Below, one piece after another: positions 12,796-25,326 of a DNA stretch of 64,000 nt. The notes under the pieces were generated by a model, which had not been told where the DNA came from, did no database searches, and saw only the letters and a list, made by a program, of their open reading frames with translations. Location of the stretch: NCBI GenBank assembly GCA_951406725.2, contig OX597826.1, positions 50,468,001 through 50,532,000 on the forward strand. Reading direction: 5' to 3'. The position numbers and the translations under genes were made by a program. Position 1 is the stretch's first letter; each line of letters starts with the position of its first letter. This DNA comes from Octopus vulgaris (lineage: Eukaryota).

Positions 12796-14675
12796 TCTTT
12801 CTACTAAAGGCACAAGGCCTGAAATTTTGGGGGAGAGGACATTGAACCCAGTGTGCAACTGGTACTTAGTTCATTGACCCCAGGAGGATGAAAGGCAAAG
12901 TTGACCTCGGGAGAATTTAATAATAATAATAATAAATATCTGAGTGAATAATTATAATAATAATAATTAATCTCAGCAAAAATTATCCAGAAAATCCTTG
13001 GTAGAGAGTAGGAACAATGTGACTGTCATACAAAAGACTTTTATATGAGAAGATACACAAATGTTTTTTATCCTAGACCACAGGTTGTAGTCTGATAGGA
13101 ACGTAATTAAAACCTGTTCAAATATCATTCCCATGTAATGGAATTGGTTAAAGCATTTTTTTCTATAGCCAGAGGCCCTTCCTGTCACCAACCCTCACTG
13201 GTAAAATTTTGGTTGTCCCAAGTCTATTGTAGAAAACCCAAAGTACCATGCAATAGAAAACTGCCTATTGTTCCTAACTAAAGAAATGCTCCAAGGCAGT
13301 CTTCACACTGGACTTCTGCTGGTAGCTAGACCTGTTCAGCCTCATGACAAAAAGCTGATAGACTTCATTCCATAAGTCAGCAATGATCAGATGCTGAACA
13401 AATGTGTTGAACAGTTTTTGTGATCTGCTTGTGTCTAGAGTTTATCCTGGTCTAACAATGCCTCCCAATAGCACAGCCTTCTAGAAATTGTTCAGTCCCG
13501 AGGCTAAAAGACTTCCAGAGCAGATTGTTCAGCTGATCTTCATTGATGACTGCAGATTCCTTGTCAACTCTATTGCTCTCAACAGTCTTTAATTCTTCTG
13601 TAGAAAGCAACAGTTCACATATCACCAACTGCATTCTCTAACTGGTAGAGAACTGTGAGAACCTGGCTAACATTTTTAAGACTAATTATGCTGTTGGTCT
13701 TTGACCAAAGACTGCAGCTCTATCAAAGAGACAAGCTATGAGTCAGTTATAAAACAAAGCAATGTAAAGTACTTTCTCTACACTTGTTGTAATGTCTTAA
13801 ATGTTATTACTTTATTTTTATATCCAGTCTAGTGGATAGACCAATACATATTTTTAAAGTCATGCCCTTCCTAACAACAAATTTCCTCTGACCCATAAAA
13901 GCAGGTGTTAAAGTAATGATGATGGTAATTAAGGTTATTTCTTTCTGAACATTCTTAATTAGTTTAATAATCACTATTAGGAATTAGTAACTATTCACCA
14001 TTAGGATATGATATAGCTTAGCCATCACTTGCAAATGAGTCTGACCTGATGGCTTGTACCACACTTTCCACTAATTGTCTTTAGGTGCCTGTGTAGTTGC
14101 AAGCAGACTCAGACACCTTCCCAACTCTCCCATCTTTGACCTAAGTGGTGACAGGTGGAGGAGAAAGAGAGAGAGCAAGGTTGCACCAGCATTCAACTGG
14201 GTTAGCTGATTTGCTTGTCAATTGATCTTAACCACTTGAGCATGTCCTTTACTGGCTGACAGTATATGCATCTCCAATCATGAGCAGGAGTAGTGGAGGA
14301 GCATCATAGCCATGTATTGAGAGGGGTTCTTTGGGGTTTGAATAAATATAACAAAAGCAAGGGCATGATGCACCAGCTAGTCCAGGAATTTAATTCACAG
14401 CTTTATGCTTGTGAATCCAACACACTAACCACTTGGCTACATGTCTTCATCATCACCACTAGATGTTTTTTATCTTTCACTTGTTTCAGTCATTGGACTG
14501 TGGCTGTGCTGGGGCACTGCTTTGAAGGGTCTAATCAAACAAATCAACACCAGTGCTTATTTTTAAGACTGGCACTTATTCTATTGATCTCTTTGGTTGG
14601 ACCACAAGTTGTAGGGATGGAAACAAAACAACACAGGTTGCCAATTTGTGTAAAGGAGCAGATACACACACACAC

Positions 14676-14708
<33 letters not shown>

Positions 14709-14711
<3 letters not shown>

Positions 14712-15180
14712 TCATCATCATCGTTTAACGTCCGCTTTCCATGCTAGCATGGGTTGGACGATTTTGACTGAGGGCTGGCGAGCCAGATGGCTGCACCAGG
14801 CTCCAGTCTTGATCTGGCAGAGTTTCTACAGCTGGATGCCCTTTCTAACGCCAACCACACTGAGAGTGTAGTGGGTGCTTTTTACATGCCACCAGCACGG
14901 GGGCCAGTCAGGTGGTACTGGCAATGACCTCGCTCAAATATTTTTACACGTGCCAGTGAAGCGACATTGTTAACGATCACGCTCGAATGGTGCCCTTTTA
15001 CGTGTCACGGGTGCGGAAGCCAGTTGGCTGTTCTGGCAACGATCACACTCGGATGGTGCTCTTGGCACCCTACTAGCACAGGCATAAGTGCCAGTGAGGT
15101 GACACTGGTAACGATCATACTCGAATAGCCGCTCTGTCAACGATCACACTCGTATGGTGCTCTTTTCACCCCGCTAGCAT
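14709..15180 (-). mobile_element. RTE tail with internal ~60-bp subrepeats
   Basis: Reverse complement of the 2187-2479 tail, with repeated AACGATCACACTCG units. Confidence 0.75.
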
Positions 15181-15365
15181 ATATATATATACATACACAC
15201 ACACACATACATACATACATACACACACAGTGGGCTTCTTTCAGTTTCCATCTATATAGAAATAATAATTGTCATTAATGTATTTTAACTTGTTCATATG
15301 TTTTTGTTGTTTTTTTTTATATAAAATTGTATACATGATTTTTATTTTATATTCCTTGATTCCAG

Positions 15366-16360
15366 TTTGTCTAGATCTAGCAAGAAACTAAAGAAATAAT
15401 GATGTCAACTGTTATTTCTTGCTGTTTACACAAGACATTGCTGTGATGTTTCTTGCTTCTGTCTAGTCCCAACTTCAACACATCTGCACAGCTACACTTG
15501 TAGGTTAATGAGCAGAGAAGATGGGAAGTGAAGGGAGAAAACAACTTCCCAGCTAAATGCAGCAGACTTTGGAAGACTTTTGTTTTTTAAAAACAAAAAC
15601 AAAAAAATTTTTTTTTTAAAATTCTAAGCAAAAAAAAAACCAACAACAAAAATCACCATCTTTCTGCAAAACATTTACTGCATTTGGTATAAATATGTTC
15701 ACATGCAAGTACACATACACACACACAAACATATACATGCGTGCATACATATATATATATACATACATATATATATATATATTCTAAAACGTAAACTAAT
15801 GCTTGTACAATCCTCTGTACATTGATCTTCTCATACACACACATACATATGCATACACACGTGCACACACACACACATGCAATCTAGTGGGGAAACTTAT
15901 CCGTTTAGGGTAAGGAATAATATCGTTTATTTTTCCATACAGAGAGCCACTGCTGCATATTAATCAGTTTACAAAAAAGAAACAACTTTCCCACATATGT
16001 TGCTGTCTTTAACAATTAATGGAAATTACTTGTTTTGAAAGCACCAAATATATCGGCCTACTTGGGATTACAGATACCTCTTATTACACTGGCAACAACA
16101 ACAACAACAATAACAACATCTACAAAATCAGAACACAGTAGATCAATGAGGACACTTCCTTCTTTGGAGGACTTCTTTTTTTTTTTTACTTTTTTATTTA
16201 TTTTAATTTTTAATTCATTTTTATTTTTAGTTTCAAAACTTGTAATTGAGGAATTTAATTAGCGAAATAAATTCATAAAAAAATGTAAATTTAAAAAAAA
16301 AGAAGAAAAAAAAACGAAGGAAAAATTATTGTACAAAATAAAATGTGTTTCTGTGTTTTC
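15366..16360 (+). other. Probable terminal exon / 3' UTR of the + strand gene
   Basis: Three candidate phase-0 acceptors start at 15366 (FV*), 15467 (SQLQHICTATLVG*) and 15504 (VNEQRRW...FVF*). Transposon-free AU-rich tract ending in a poly(A) signal. Confidence 0.5.
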
Positions 16361-16380
16361 ATTTATTTATTTATTTTGTC
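16330..16380 (+). terminator. Polyadenylation signal
   Basis: TGTA (16330), AATAAA (16337-16342) and a downstream GT/T-rich element TGTGTTTCTGTGTTTT. Confidence 0.6.
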
Positions 16381-16418
16381 TTTTGGCATAACATTTTGTA
16401 GCAATTTTTATTTTTTTA

Positions 16419-17202
16419 TGGTTGGTAAGTGTTATTTCCTATTTACGTCTATCTGGAAATCAAAGGAAAATGACTAATATTCCTTTCAAACTTTGCTTTT
16501 GTGTCCTGGGCATCAGTGTTTTGAAACTGACCTATTTTCCATTATATTTACACAGATTCTGCATTGAATTGCTGAAGCAGAAATATTGTAATAGCAAATA
16601 TTCTGCTCAATGCCACAGATTTGCTTGTCATTTGCCTGATCTTAACCACTTGAGCATGTCCCTTAGTGGCTGACAATATATGCATCTCCAATCATAAGCA
16701 GGTGCAGGAGTGGGTGTGTGGTAAGTAGCTTGTTTACCAACCACATGGTTCCGGGTTCAGTCCATCTGCATGGCACCTTGGGTGAGTGTCTTCTACTATA
16801 GCCTCGGGCCGACCAAAGCCTTGTGAGTGGATTTGGTATACGGAAACTGAAAGAAGCCCGTCGTATATATGTATATATGTGTGTTTGTCCCCTCAACATC
16901 GCTTGACAACCGATGGTGGTGTGTTTACGTCACTGTAACTTAGCGGTTCGGCAAAAGAGATCGATAGAATAAGTACTAGGCTTACAAAGAATAAGTCCTG
17001 GGGTCGAGGGCGGTGCTCTAGCATGGCCGCAGTCAAATGACTGAAACAAGTAAAAGAGGAGTAGTGGGGGAGCATAATAGCCATGTATTGAGAGGGGTTC
17101 TTTGGGGTTTGAATAAATGTAACAAAAGCAAAGTTTGAAGGAAATCTTAGCCATTTTTCATACTTTCTGGGGGTAAGCAAATAGGAAGTAACAGTTGCCA
17201 CC
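16419..17202. mobile_element. Non-autonomous TIR element interrupted by a SINE
   Basis: Inverted ends GGTAAGTGTTATTTCCTATTT..TTCAAACTTTGCTTTTGT / ACAAAAGCAAAGTTTGAA..AAATAGGAAGTAACAGTTGCC. The internal part matches 14205-14360 once the SINE is removed. Confidence 0.65.
16700..17058 (+). mobile_element. CORE-like tRNA-derived SINE with internal (TA)/(TG) microsatellite; most abundant family in the window
   Basis: Head GGTAAGTAGCTTG..GGTTCAGTCC, CORE-like GCACCTTGGG..AGTGTCTTCT, tail GACTGAAACAAGTAAAAGA. Further copies near 10697, 21181, 25130, 27262, 29380, 29841, 35502, 57081 (+) and 52525, 53300, 60205 (-). Confidence 0.9.
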
Positions 17203-17517
17203 CAAGGACAAAAATCACATTAGATAGTGTAATGAAAGAAGAGGATAGGCAGATTCTTATGTCATTCAGTGTGTCTCTAACACAAACAGAAGCAGGAAGA
17301 AGAAACTATCATGCAAAGCTTACTGCATTTGGAGTGGTACATTAAGATGTTACATCCACAGATTAAGAGACTTATTTTCTGAATATTTGTTACAGAATAA
17401 ATCTCATGAAAGATACAGATGGTGGCGGCAGCAGCAAACTGGATGTAGATTAACTTTTTAGTACCAACCTGCCTGGGACCGTGTTTAGTACTTTCATACA
17501 AAAATGGCCTGCCTTAA

Positions 17518-17711
17518 CCCTTTAGCATTTAAACCAAAATATTCTACCTGTTTTATGTTCAAAATGGTCAGGTTACGGTTCACTCATCTATCCTACAATG
17601 TCATTGTAAGAATAAATAATCACCTTACTGAAATCTTAAAGCCATAAGATAATGCATAATACCTGAATAAATAAGCATTACGTTTGTCAGAGTAACCTGA
17701 ATACTAAAGGG
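17518..17711. mobile_element. piggyBac-type MITE (copies near 42998-43184 and 44619-45005)
   Basis: TTAA|CCCTTTAGCATT ... AATACTAAAGGG|TTAA. Confidence 0.75.
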
Positions 17712-18595
17712 TTAAGGTGTATGTATTTCATTTAGAATCATTCATTTTTATGTCCATTTTTCCATGCTAGCATGGGTTAGAAGAATATATTATTGAGACA
17801 TTGTTTTGCAGCTGGATGCCCTTCCTCTCATTAACTTGTGCCTGCTTTTCAAGTGAAGCAATGGTTCTCGCCTATTGTCCATATGACCCTTGGGGGTCTA
17901 TATAAGATTTTTGAGGATCTACTTGATCAAAATAGTAAAATGAGGATCCACAGTATTTTATGGGTCCAATGAAAAATTTTGCAATGTCTTGTGTAAACAG
18001 CATGAAATGGCTTGGTTTCTTTCTCTAACATTTTCCAACCACTGAAACATGTTCTCGTGGAAAGTACTACTGCAAGCCTACTCAAGATGTGTCAAAGACA
18101 AAATAGGAATTTTGAAAGTATTAATAAAACTTGTTTATAAACAACAAATGGTTATGGTAATCCACCAGGGTAAAATAATTACAAAACAAACAGATCCATA
18201 GGTAAAAAATAAAAGATCTTCCCCATATTGTCGTGTATTCTTATGGCAATTCCAGAAGGCTGGAAGGTCAAATGGCTGAAATTTTACGACTATAACAACC
18301 AACATGAAGATGCTAGTCTGAACATCTGTATATTGGTAATGATGCATGAAGAAGGTTAAAATAACATGTACCATTTGAAGCTGTTGAATTTGTTCCAATT
18401 TATAACATTTATACTTACTAAATCATTTTACACAAGCTGAAGTCGTTAATTTTTTGCATTTGTCTTATGATACCTTATGAAATATTTTTCTAAATTATTC
18501 AACAGTGTTTCTACTCTCTTGCTATAACAGCATCTACACTTAGTTGTTCTCTTCTGTTTGTCTCTTGTATTTGAAATATCAAACTGCTTTCTTAC

Positions 18596-18643
18596 CTTAC
18601 AGTTAATAAAATGCAATGAATCAGTCATGCTGGGCAAGGTAAA
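18596..18643 (-). CDS. Tentative exon of an unidentified minus-strand gene (FTLPSMTDSLHFINCK)
   Basis: Acceptor tttttgttttag, donor AAG|gtaaga, 48 nt, only one frame open. No recognisable homology. Confidence 0.3.
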
Positions 18644-20094
18644 CTAAAACAAAAAATAGAGTGGGAGTGAGTGACTGTCAAAGACGCTAAATGCAGGTGA
18701 ACTGTAATGAGATGTTTTACTCTGGAAGTTGTTAGTATTTTAATCAAAATGAAACAAAATTTTTATCATAAATTTATTGTATCAATTTCACACACAGATA
18801 ACATGCATTTAAATATATATGGACATTAGATATTAAATCCCTTTAGTTTTCAAGGTATTATTGCTCACATAACATAAATTATGCATATACACTATTACTA
18901 GCACTCTATGGGTTACAATGATGAAGGTTCCAGTTGATCCACTCGATGGAACAGCCCGCTTGTGAAATTGATGTACAAGTGACTGAGCACTCCACAGATA
19001 TGTGTACCCTTAATGTAGTTCTCAGGGTGATTCAGTATGACAGAGAATGTGACAAAGCTGGCTCTTTGAAACACAGAGTACTAATTTTTTTGTTCTGTTC
19101 TGGACTCTTCTCTCTCACTGATGATTTTATGATTGTAGACCGAATACTTCATGTGTGTGTGTATATATATATATATAGACATACACACATATATGTATAT
19201 ATATTGAGTCATCCCATAAATAATGTGATTTTTTATACTTATATTTTTCAAAATGAACATCAACAAAGTTCTTTTTTAATCTAAAGTATACTCTCCTTTA
19301 TTTTCTACAATGTTCTTTCATCTATCTGGTAGACTTGCAAGGCCCCTATTCCAAAATTCACTTGTCCATAACAGAAAATACTCCTCCAGTACTGTTCTGA
19401 CCTCATCTATAGAATTCATATTTTTCCATCCAAATGATTTTGAAGATTGCAGAATAAATGATAATCAGATGGGGCAATGACAAAGGAACATAGTGGCCAC
19501 TACTACAATTTCACCTCGCTTGACATCTCTTCCAAGCATGACACATTACCAAAGGTCTCAGTCACTCATCACCTCCAATTTTAGAAGGGTGCTTTTTATG
19601 CACCTCTGTTATGTGACACCACTATCAGTCATGACTATGGTTTCACTTGGTTTGATAGGTTTTCTTAAGCACAGCATATTACCAAAGGTCTCGGTCATTT
19701 GTCATTGCCTCCGTGAGGCCCAACATTTGAAGATCATGCCTCACCACCTTATCCCATGTCTTCCTGAGATCAGTACTTTTTTCACACAGCTGTATATATT
19801 TTCTTGTTTGTCATTAGACTGTGGCCATGCTGGGGCACTGCCTTGAAGGATTTTATTCATATATATATATAAGTAAATAAATGGAGTTGAACGCAGGTGT
19901 TATTCAAATTCTTTTTCTCTTGACATGTTTCGAAGACAACAATGGTTTTATTCCAAAGGAATAAACGGTGTAAAATAATGTAATCTCATCAGGAAAGAAA
20001 GAGAACCTATCTCAACAACAAGACATTATAACAATTTTGATAACTATAATAAAAAAAGTCATCAAAATTGTTGTTTTGTTGTTGAGATAGGTTC

Positions 20095-20192
20095 TCTTTC
20101 TTTCCTGATGAGAAGATTACATTATTTTACACCATTTATTCCTTTGGAATTAAACCAATGTTGTCTTCGAAACATATGTCGAGTAAAAGAAT
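20095..20192 (+). ncRNA. Type I hammerhead ribozyme motif (Penelope-associated type); mirrored copy on the - strand at about 19910-20005
   Basis: CUGAUGA (20105-20111), stem II GAAGA/UCUUC, GAAAC (20169-20173), palindromic stem III ACAUAUGU, GUC cleavage triplet (20178-20180). Stem I is imperfect. Confidence 0.65.
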
Positions 20193-21418
20193 TTGAATAA
20201 CACCTGCGTTCAACTCCATTTATTTACGTATACTATACAAATTACTGCACATTAACCCGGAGTTTCTACCTTTAAATAGGTCGCTACATCCTTATTACTT
20301 GCGTGAATTTTGCTACCCTGGTAACTGTTTATTGAATTTTCCATGTTAAACTGTAAACAAAGGATAATTCATTCATCCATTTACATACATATATATATTT
20401 CATGGATGATAATATTTTCAACCAAAACATCACAACTGTATTTGTTCAAGTGCTTCAAATCTTTGCATGTACTCAATTGCTGTCATTTACCAATGGTTTC
20501 TCCTTGTTTTGATGTACCATTATTTAAACTATTGGCATTTTTGATGACATGGGTATGCTAGTAATAATGTTAATTCCTGAAGAAGGTTGTAAGGTACAAT
20601 GGCTGAAATGTGACTATAAGGACATTAGTCTAAATATATTAGTGTATGATAATTGTTTCTCATATAAGAACAAGGCCTGAAGCTTTGGGCAAACTTGGTA
20701 TCATTCAATGATATCAAATCCAGTACTTGACTGGTACTTATTTTATTAACTCCCCCACCCCTAAAAAATAATGAAAGCAAACTTGACTTTGGTGAGATTT
20801 GAACTCAGAACATAAACATCTAGAAAAAATATCTCAAGGCATTGTTTTTCTGATACTCTAATGATTCTGCAAATCCACAGCCCTTATATTGTTGGTTTCA
20901 AATTTTGACACGAGGCCAGCATGATCGGGCGAAGGGGTAAGTCAGTTACACTGACCCCAGTACTCAATAGGTACTTACTTTATTGACCTCGAAAGGGATA
21001 AATGGTGAAGTTGACCCTAGCAGCATTTGAACCCAGAACATAAAGACATGACATGCCACTAAACATTTTGCCCAGCATGCTAACAATTCTGCCAACTTAA
21101 TGCCTCCTACAGTCCTTATATCATTAGTGTATAATAATAATAATAATGATAGTCCTTAATTTTAGACATTTAGACAATATAGGCATAGGAGTGTCTGTGT
21201 GGTAAGTAGCTTGCTTATGAACCACATGGTTCCAGGTTCAGTCCCACTGCATGGCACCTTGGGCAAGTGTCTTCTACTATAGCCTCGGGCCAACCAAAGC
21301 CTTGTGAGTGGATTTGGTAGACGGAAACTGAAAGAAGCCCGTCGTATATTTGTATACATATATATATGTTTGTGTATCTGTGTTTGCTCCCCACCACCAC
21401 CAACATCACTTGACAACC

Positions 21419-21636
21419 TATTTATTACCCACAAGGGGCTAAACATAGAGGGGACAGACATAGGTATTAAGTCGATTACATCGACCCCAGTGCGTAACTG
21501 GTACTTAATTTATCGACCCCGAAAGGATGAAAGGCAAAGTTGACCTCGGCGGAATTTGAACTCACAACGTAACGACAGACGAAATACGGCTACGCATTTT
21601 GCCCGGCGTGCTAACGTTTCTGCCAGCTCGCCGCCT
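21419..21636 (-). mobile_element. Young tRNA-derived SINE (Nin/Deu-like central domain) nested in a CORE-like SINE
   Basis: Minus strand GGCGGCGAGCTGGCAGAAACGTTAGC ... GAGTTCAAATTCC ... GCCTTTCATCCTTTCGGGGTCGATAAA. TSD TTGACAACC (21410-21418, 21689-21697). Other copies at 39362-39587 (+), 57710-57920 (-), a tandem dimer at 45306-45660 (-), and near 20890 and 27005. Confidence 0.9.
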
Positions 21637-23046
21637 TTAAATATTTATCTCATGCAAGAGTTTTAAGTGCAGTGAAATTATCAAATATTTGACAACCGAT
21701 GCTGGTATTCTTACATCCCCGTAACTTAGCGGTTCGGTAAAAAGAGACTGATAGCATAAGTATTAGGCTTACAAAGAATAAGTCCTGGGGTCGATTTGCT
21801 CGACTAAAAGTGGTACTCCAGCATGGCCACAGTTAAATGACAGAAACAAGTAAAAGAATATTTTTCCTGATTTTTTTGCTTCTGATATTCCAGTATTGGC
21901 AGAGTTTAGATAAATATTAGATTGTTGCAAACAAACATGTTAATATCCACACTTCAACTGCAAGCATGTCATTTGGAAATATAAAGAGGTTGTTCACCTT
22001 TAAACTTCTTGTCAAGGTCATAATAACTCTCTATCTCTCTCTCTCTCCCATCTCATGAAACAGGTGCAAAACAACCATGTGTGATTTAGGAGTGATGGAA
22101 ACTATTCAGAAACCCATTTGTGTGGTGTTTCTGTACAATTATTGTGTATATAGACAAACATGCATATATATTTGTATGTGTGTATATGTTTGTATACTTA
22201 GGCACAGGCATAGCTTTTGTGGTACAGAAGTTCACTTATACATAAATGTATGTATATATATATATATAATAAATAAAGCATGCATATATACATACATATA
22301 TGTACGTACCTACCTCTACATGTATATATACACGCATATATGGGTACAGGACACCAAAAAAAACGTCGAACACAATGAGAAACGAAAATATAAACACAAA
22401 ACCAAGGAACTGGACATTTTTCTTAAACAACAAAAAAATAGAGTACAGGACAAATAACACAAGGAAAATTCCCCTTCTTCGGTCACCATGGTTTCATCTC
22501 TGTGTTTCGAAGGTGAAGGCAATACGCATCTTCGATAGAAACTTTCCTTCCCACGAAAAGCAAATTAAATAAAATTTGAGATCTTTTTGCGGAGGGGTAA
22601 AAATGGTAACAAAAACAGGACAGTAATGACAGTAAATAATTATTAATTTTAAAATCAGTAATTATTACCAAGTAGTTTCGGTATATTTATATATATGTAT
22701 ATATATATATATATATAGGCTGTGGTAAGAAGTTTATTTCCTAACCACATGGTCCTGGGTACTGAGGTCAACTCAACTAAAATTCCTCATGGCAGTGCTC
22801 CAGCTTAGCTGAAACAAGTAAAAGATAAAAGATATATTATTTATGGGATGACCCAATATATATATAATGACAGGTTCCTTTCAATTTCTGTTGACCAAAT
22901 TCACTCACACAGCTTTGGTTGGTCTGGGACTCTAGTAGAAGACACTTACCTAAGGACCCACACTATGTGATTGAACCTGAGACCATATGGATCAGAAGCA
23001 AACTTCTTCACCATACAGCTACATCTGTGCAATAAAAATTGCTTTC

Positions 23047-23165
23047 TCATAAAAGCCTCATATATGATCTATCTTTGCTAATCAGCAAGTTCGTTGATGA
23101 CTCATTAACAGATAACTGCAATGACTGCAAATATTTGATAATTTCACTGCACTTAAAACTCTTGC
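23047..23165 (-). CDS. Tentative terminal coding exon of a minus-strand gene (GKSFKCSEIIKYLQSLQLSVNESSTNLLISKDRSYMRLL*)
   Basis: Acceptor atatttatctcag and a phase-1 open frame of 39 residues in non-repetitive DNA. No homology recognised. Confidence 0.3.
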
Positions 23166-24825
23166 CTGAGATAAATATTTAATTTGAACAGAAACTAGAT
23201 GAGGGTGGAGTATTTGATTAAATCAACTTCAAATATCATCATAATCATTATTGTCATGATTTTAACGTCCACTTTTCCATGCTTGCATGGGTTAGACAGA
23301 ATTCACTGAGGCAGATTTTTTTTTACAGCTGAATGCCTTCCTATTCCCAGCCTTCACCTGTTTCCAAGCAAAGTAATATTTCCCAGTGGTCAGACATATA
23401 TAAGCATGAGGGTGTGCTGAAAATTTTCTGGCTTTGGGTAAAAGAAAATTCAGGAGGGTCAGCCAATTATGATTTTATTCAACATAATGTAATTGACTTA
23501 ATCCATTTGTCTGTCCCTGCTTGTCCCCTCTGTGTTTAGCCCCTTGTAGGCAATAAAGAAATAAATATTATATCTCAGTTGGTCATGTTTGGGAATCTAA
23601 CCAGAAAGTCTGACTGTTTCTAAGAGGACCCTATGGAGAAGGTGCCTGACGACTCTACTCTGCAAACTCTGTCATGGATGTTGGTGGCAGTCGTTGTTGT
23701 CAAAAAAGAAGGATGGAGGGATAAAAAGCCCACTTTGCTATTGAACCTAATGGAGCAACTCTATAATCAATGACATTCCAACCGTGACTATCCTGTTTTT
23801 ATTCACTTAAGGCTATATCATCCAATGTGTCTTTCCTTTTTAAAGACAGTAGGGTTTTATTTAATGGAAATTTGGCTATTTCTTCCAGCAGGTCTAATAT
23901 CCAAGAATGTAGCGATTTTATATCAATGACTTCTAAAAATCCACGTCCCCACATTTTCCCTACCACCAGGTGCTGTGGCTGCTGCAAGCACAGTGGAGTT
24001 TCTTCAGGGGTCAACAAATTGTAACACTTAACACTACTTTCTGTTGGCAGCAGTCGTTATCAATGATGATCATGATCATGGTGTTGTTGTTGTTGTTGTT
24101 GGTGGTGGTAGTGGGAGTGGGGGAGATATCTCATCTTAAATTTATATTTTTCTTGTGATTAGCCAAAGTAATAGTTTCTATGAAGGATTTGCTAGAAATA
24201 ACAGCCTAATTTCCTTCAAATCACACAATAAAAGAAGGACAAATTGACTAATGTAGCCCTAGATAAACTATGACACCTGAAAAAAAAAAATGATAATCAC
24301 TGCAGGAATCCCTTTGATCACAAATCTGCTCATTGAGAGTTGACCTGGGTCTAAATTATGGGTTCTGATTTAAGTTAAAAGCCTGAAACTTTAAAGGGAG
24401 AGATCAAATTGATGCTATCAATCTCAGTACATTACTGGTACTTACTTTATTGATCCCAGAGGGATGAATATCAAAGTTGACTAAGCTGGGATTTGAACTC
24501 AGAACTTAAAGAATCACAACTGTCACAAGGCATTTTATCCAACACTAACAATCGTACCAATCTAATCTCCTCCTTTAAATTAATCTCTTAAAAAAATTAT
24601 TTTAAAAATGTATTTTAAAGAAAGTTCCTCAAAACATTTCAATTTGAATAAAATATTTGCCCCAAATCAAGAATATTTTACTTAAAATGAAAAACTCATA
24701 CTAATTAATTACATAGTTACTTAGAAATTTATATTTTTTTCTGAAACAGATTCCCCCTCATCCTCCTCTTCCTTAGCATCATTGTTGTTGTTGTTGTCAT
24801 CATCTTTCTCTCTCCCTCTCTATCC

Positions 24826-25120
24826 TTCTATCTATCTGTCTATCTATCTATCTATCTAATCTATCTAGTTATCTATCTCCCTACATGTATGTATGTATCT
24901 ATCTATCTACCTTATCTATCTAGTTATCTATCTCCCTACATCTATCTATCTATCTAGTTATCTATCTTCCTACATGTTTGTATGTATGTATCTATCTATC
25001 TGTCTATCTATTTATCTATCTCCCTACATATGTATGTATCTCTCTCTCTATCTATCTATCGATCTATTTATCTGTCTCTCTATCGCCCTACATAGTTATA
25101 TATGTAATTATCTATCTATC
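24826..25120. repeat. Degenerate (TATC)n microsatellite
   Basis: Direct reading. Confidence 0.95.
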
Positions 25121-25271
25121 TCTGTCTTCTTGCATATGGTTCCGGGTTCTGTCCCACTGCGTGGCACCTTGGGGCAAGCGTCTTCTACTGTAGCCTCAGG
25201 CCAACCAAAGCCTTGCGAGTGGATTTGGTAGACGGAAACTGAAAGAGGCCCGTTGTATATATGCATATATG

Positions 25272-25326
<55 letters not shown>

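Larger units (their letters stand above)
19204..22856 (-). mobile_element. Mariner (DD34D) element remnant with both TIRs, fragmented by nested insertions
   Basis: TA|TTGAGTCATCCCATAAATAAT ... ATTATTTATGGGATGACCCAA|TA. Minus strand near 19270-19480 reads IAPSDYHLFCNLQNHLDGK, the mariner YSPDLAPSDY region. Confidence 0.75.

Noticed and set aside
14293-14871. Longest ORF (192 aa) and other ORFs with YIYI, CVCV, HTHT or LSLS runs
   Set aside because: They are read-throughs of SINE or LINE-tail sequence and microsatellites.
20575-20620. Additional hammerhead (CTGAAGA...GAAA)
   Set aside because: No convincing stems and no NUH triplet in the right position.
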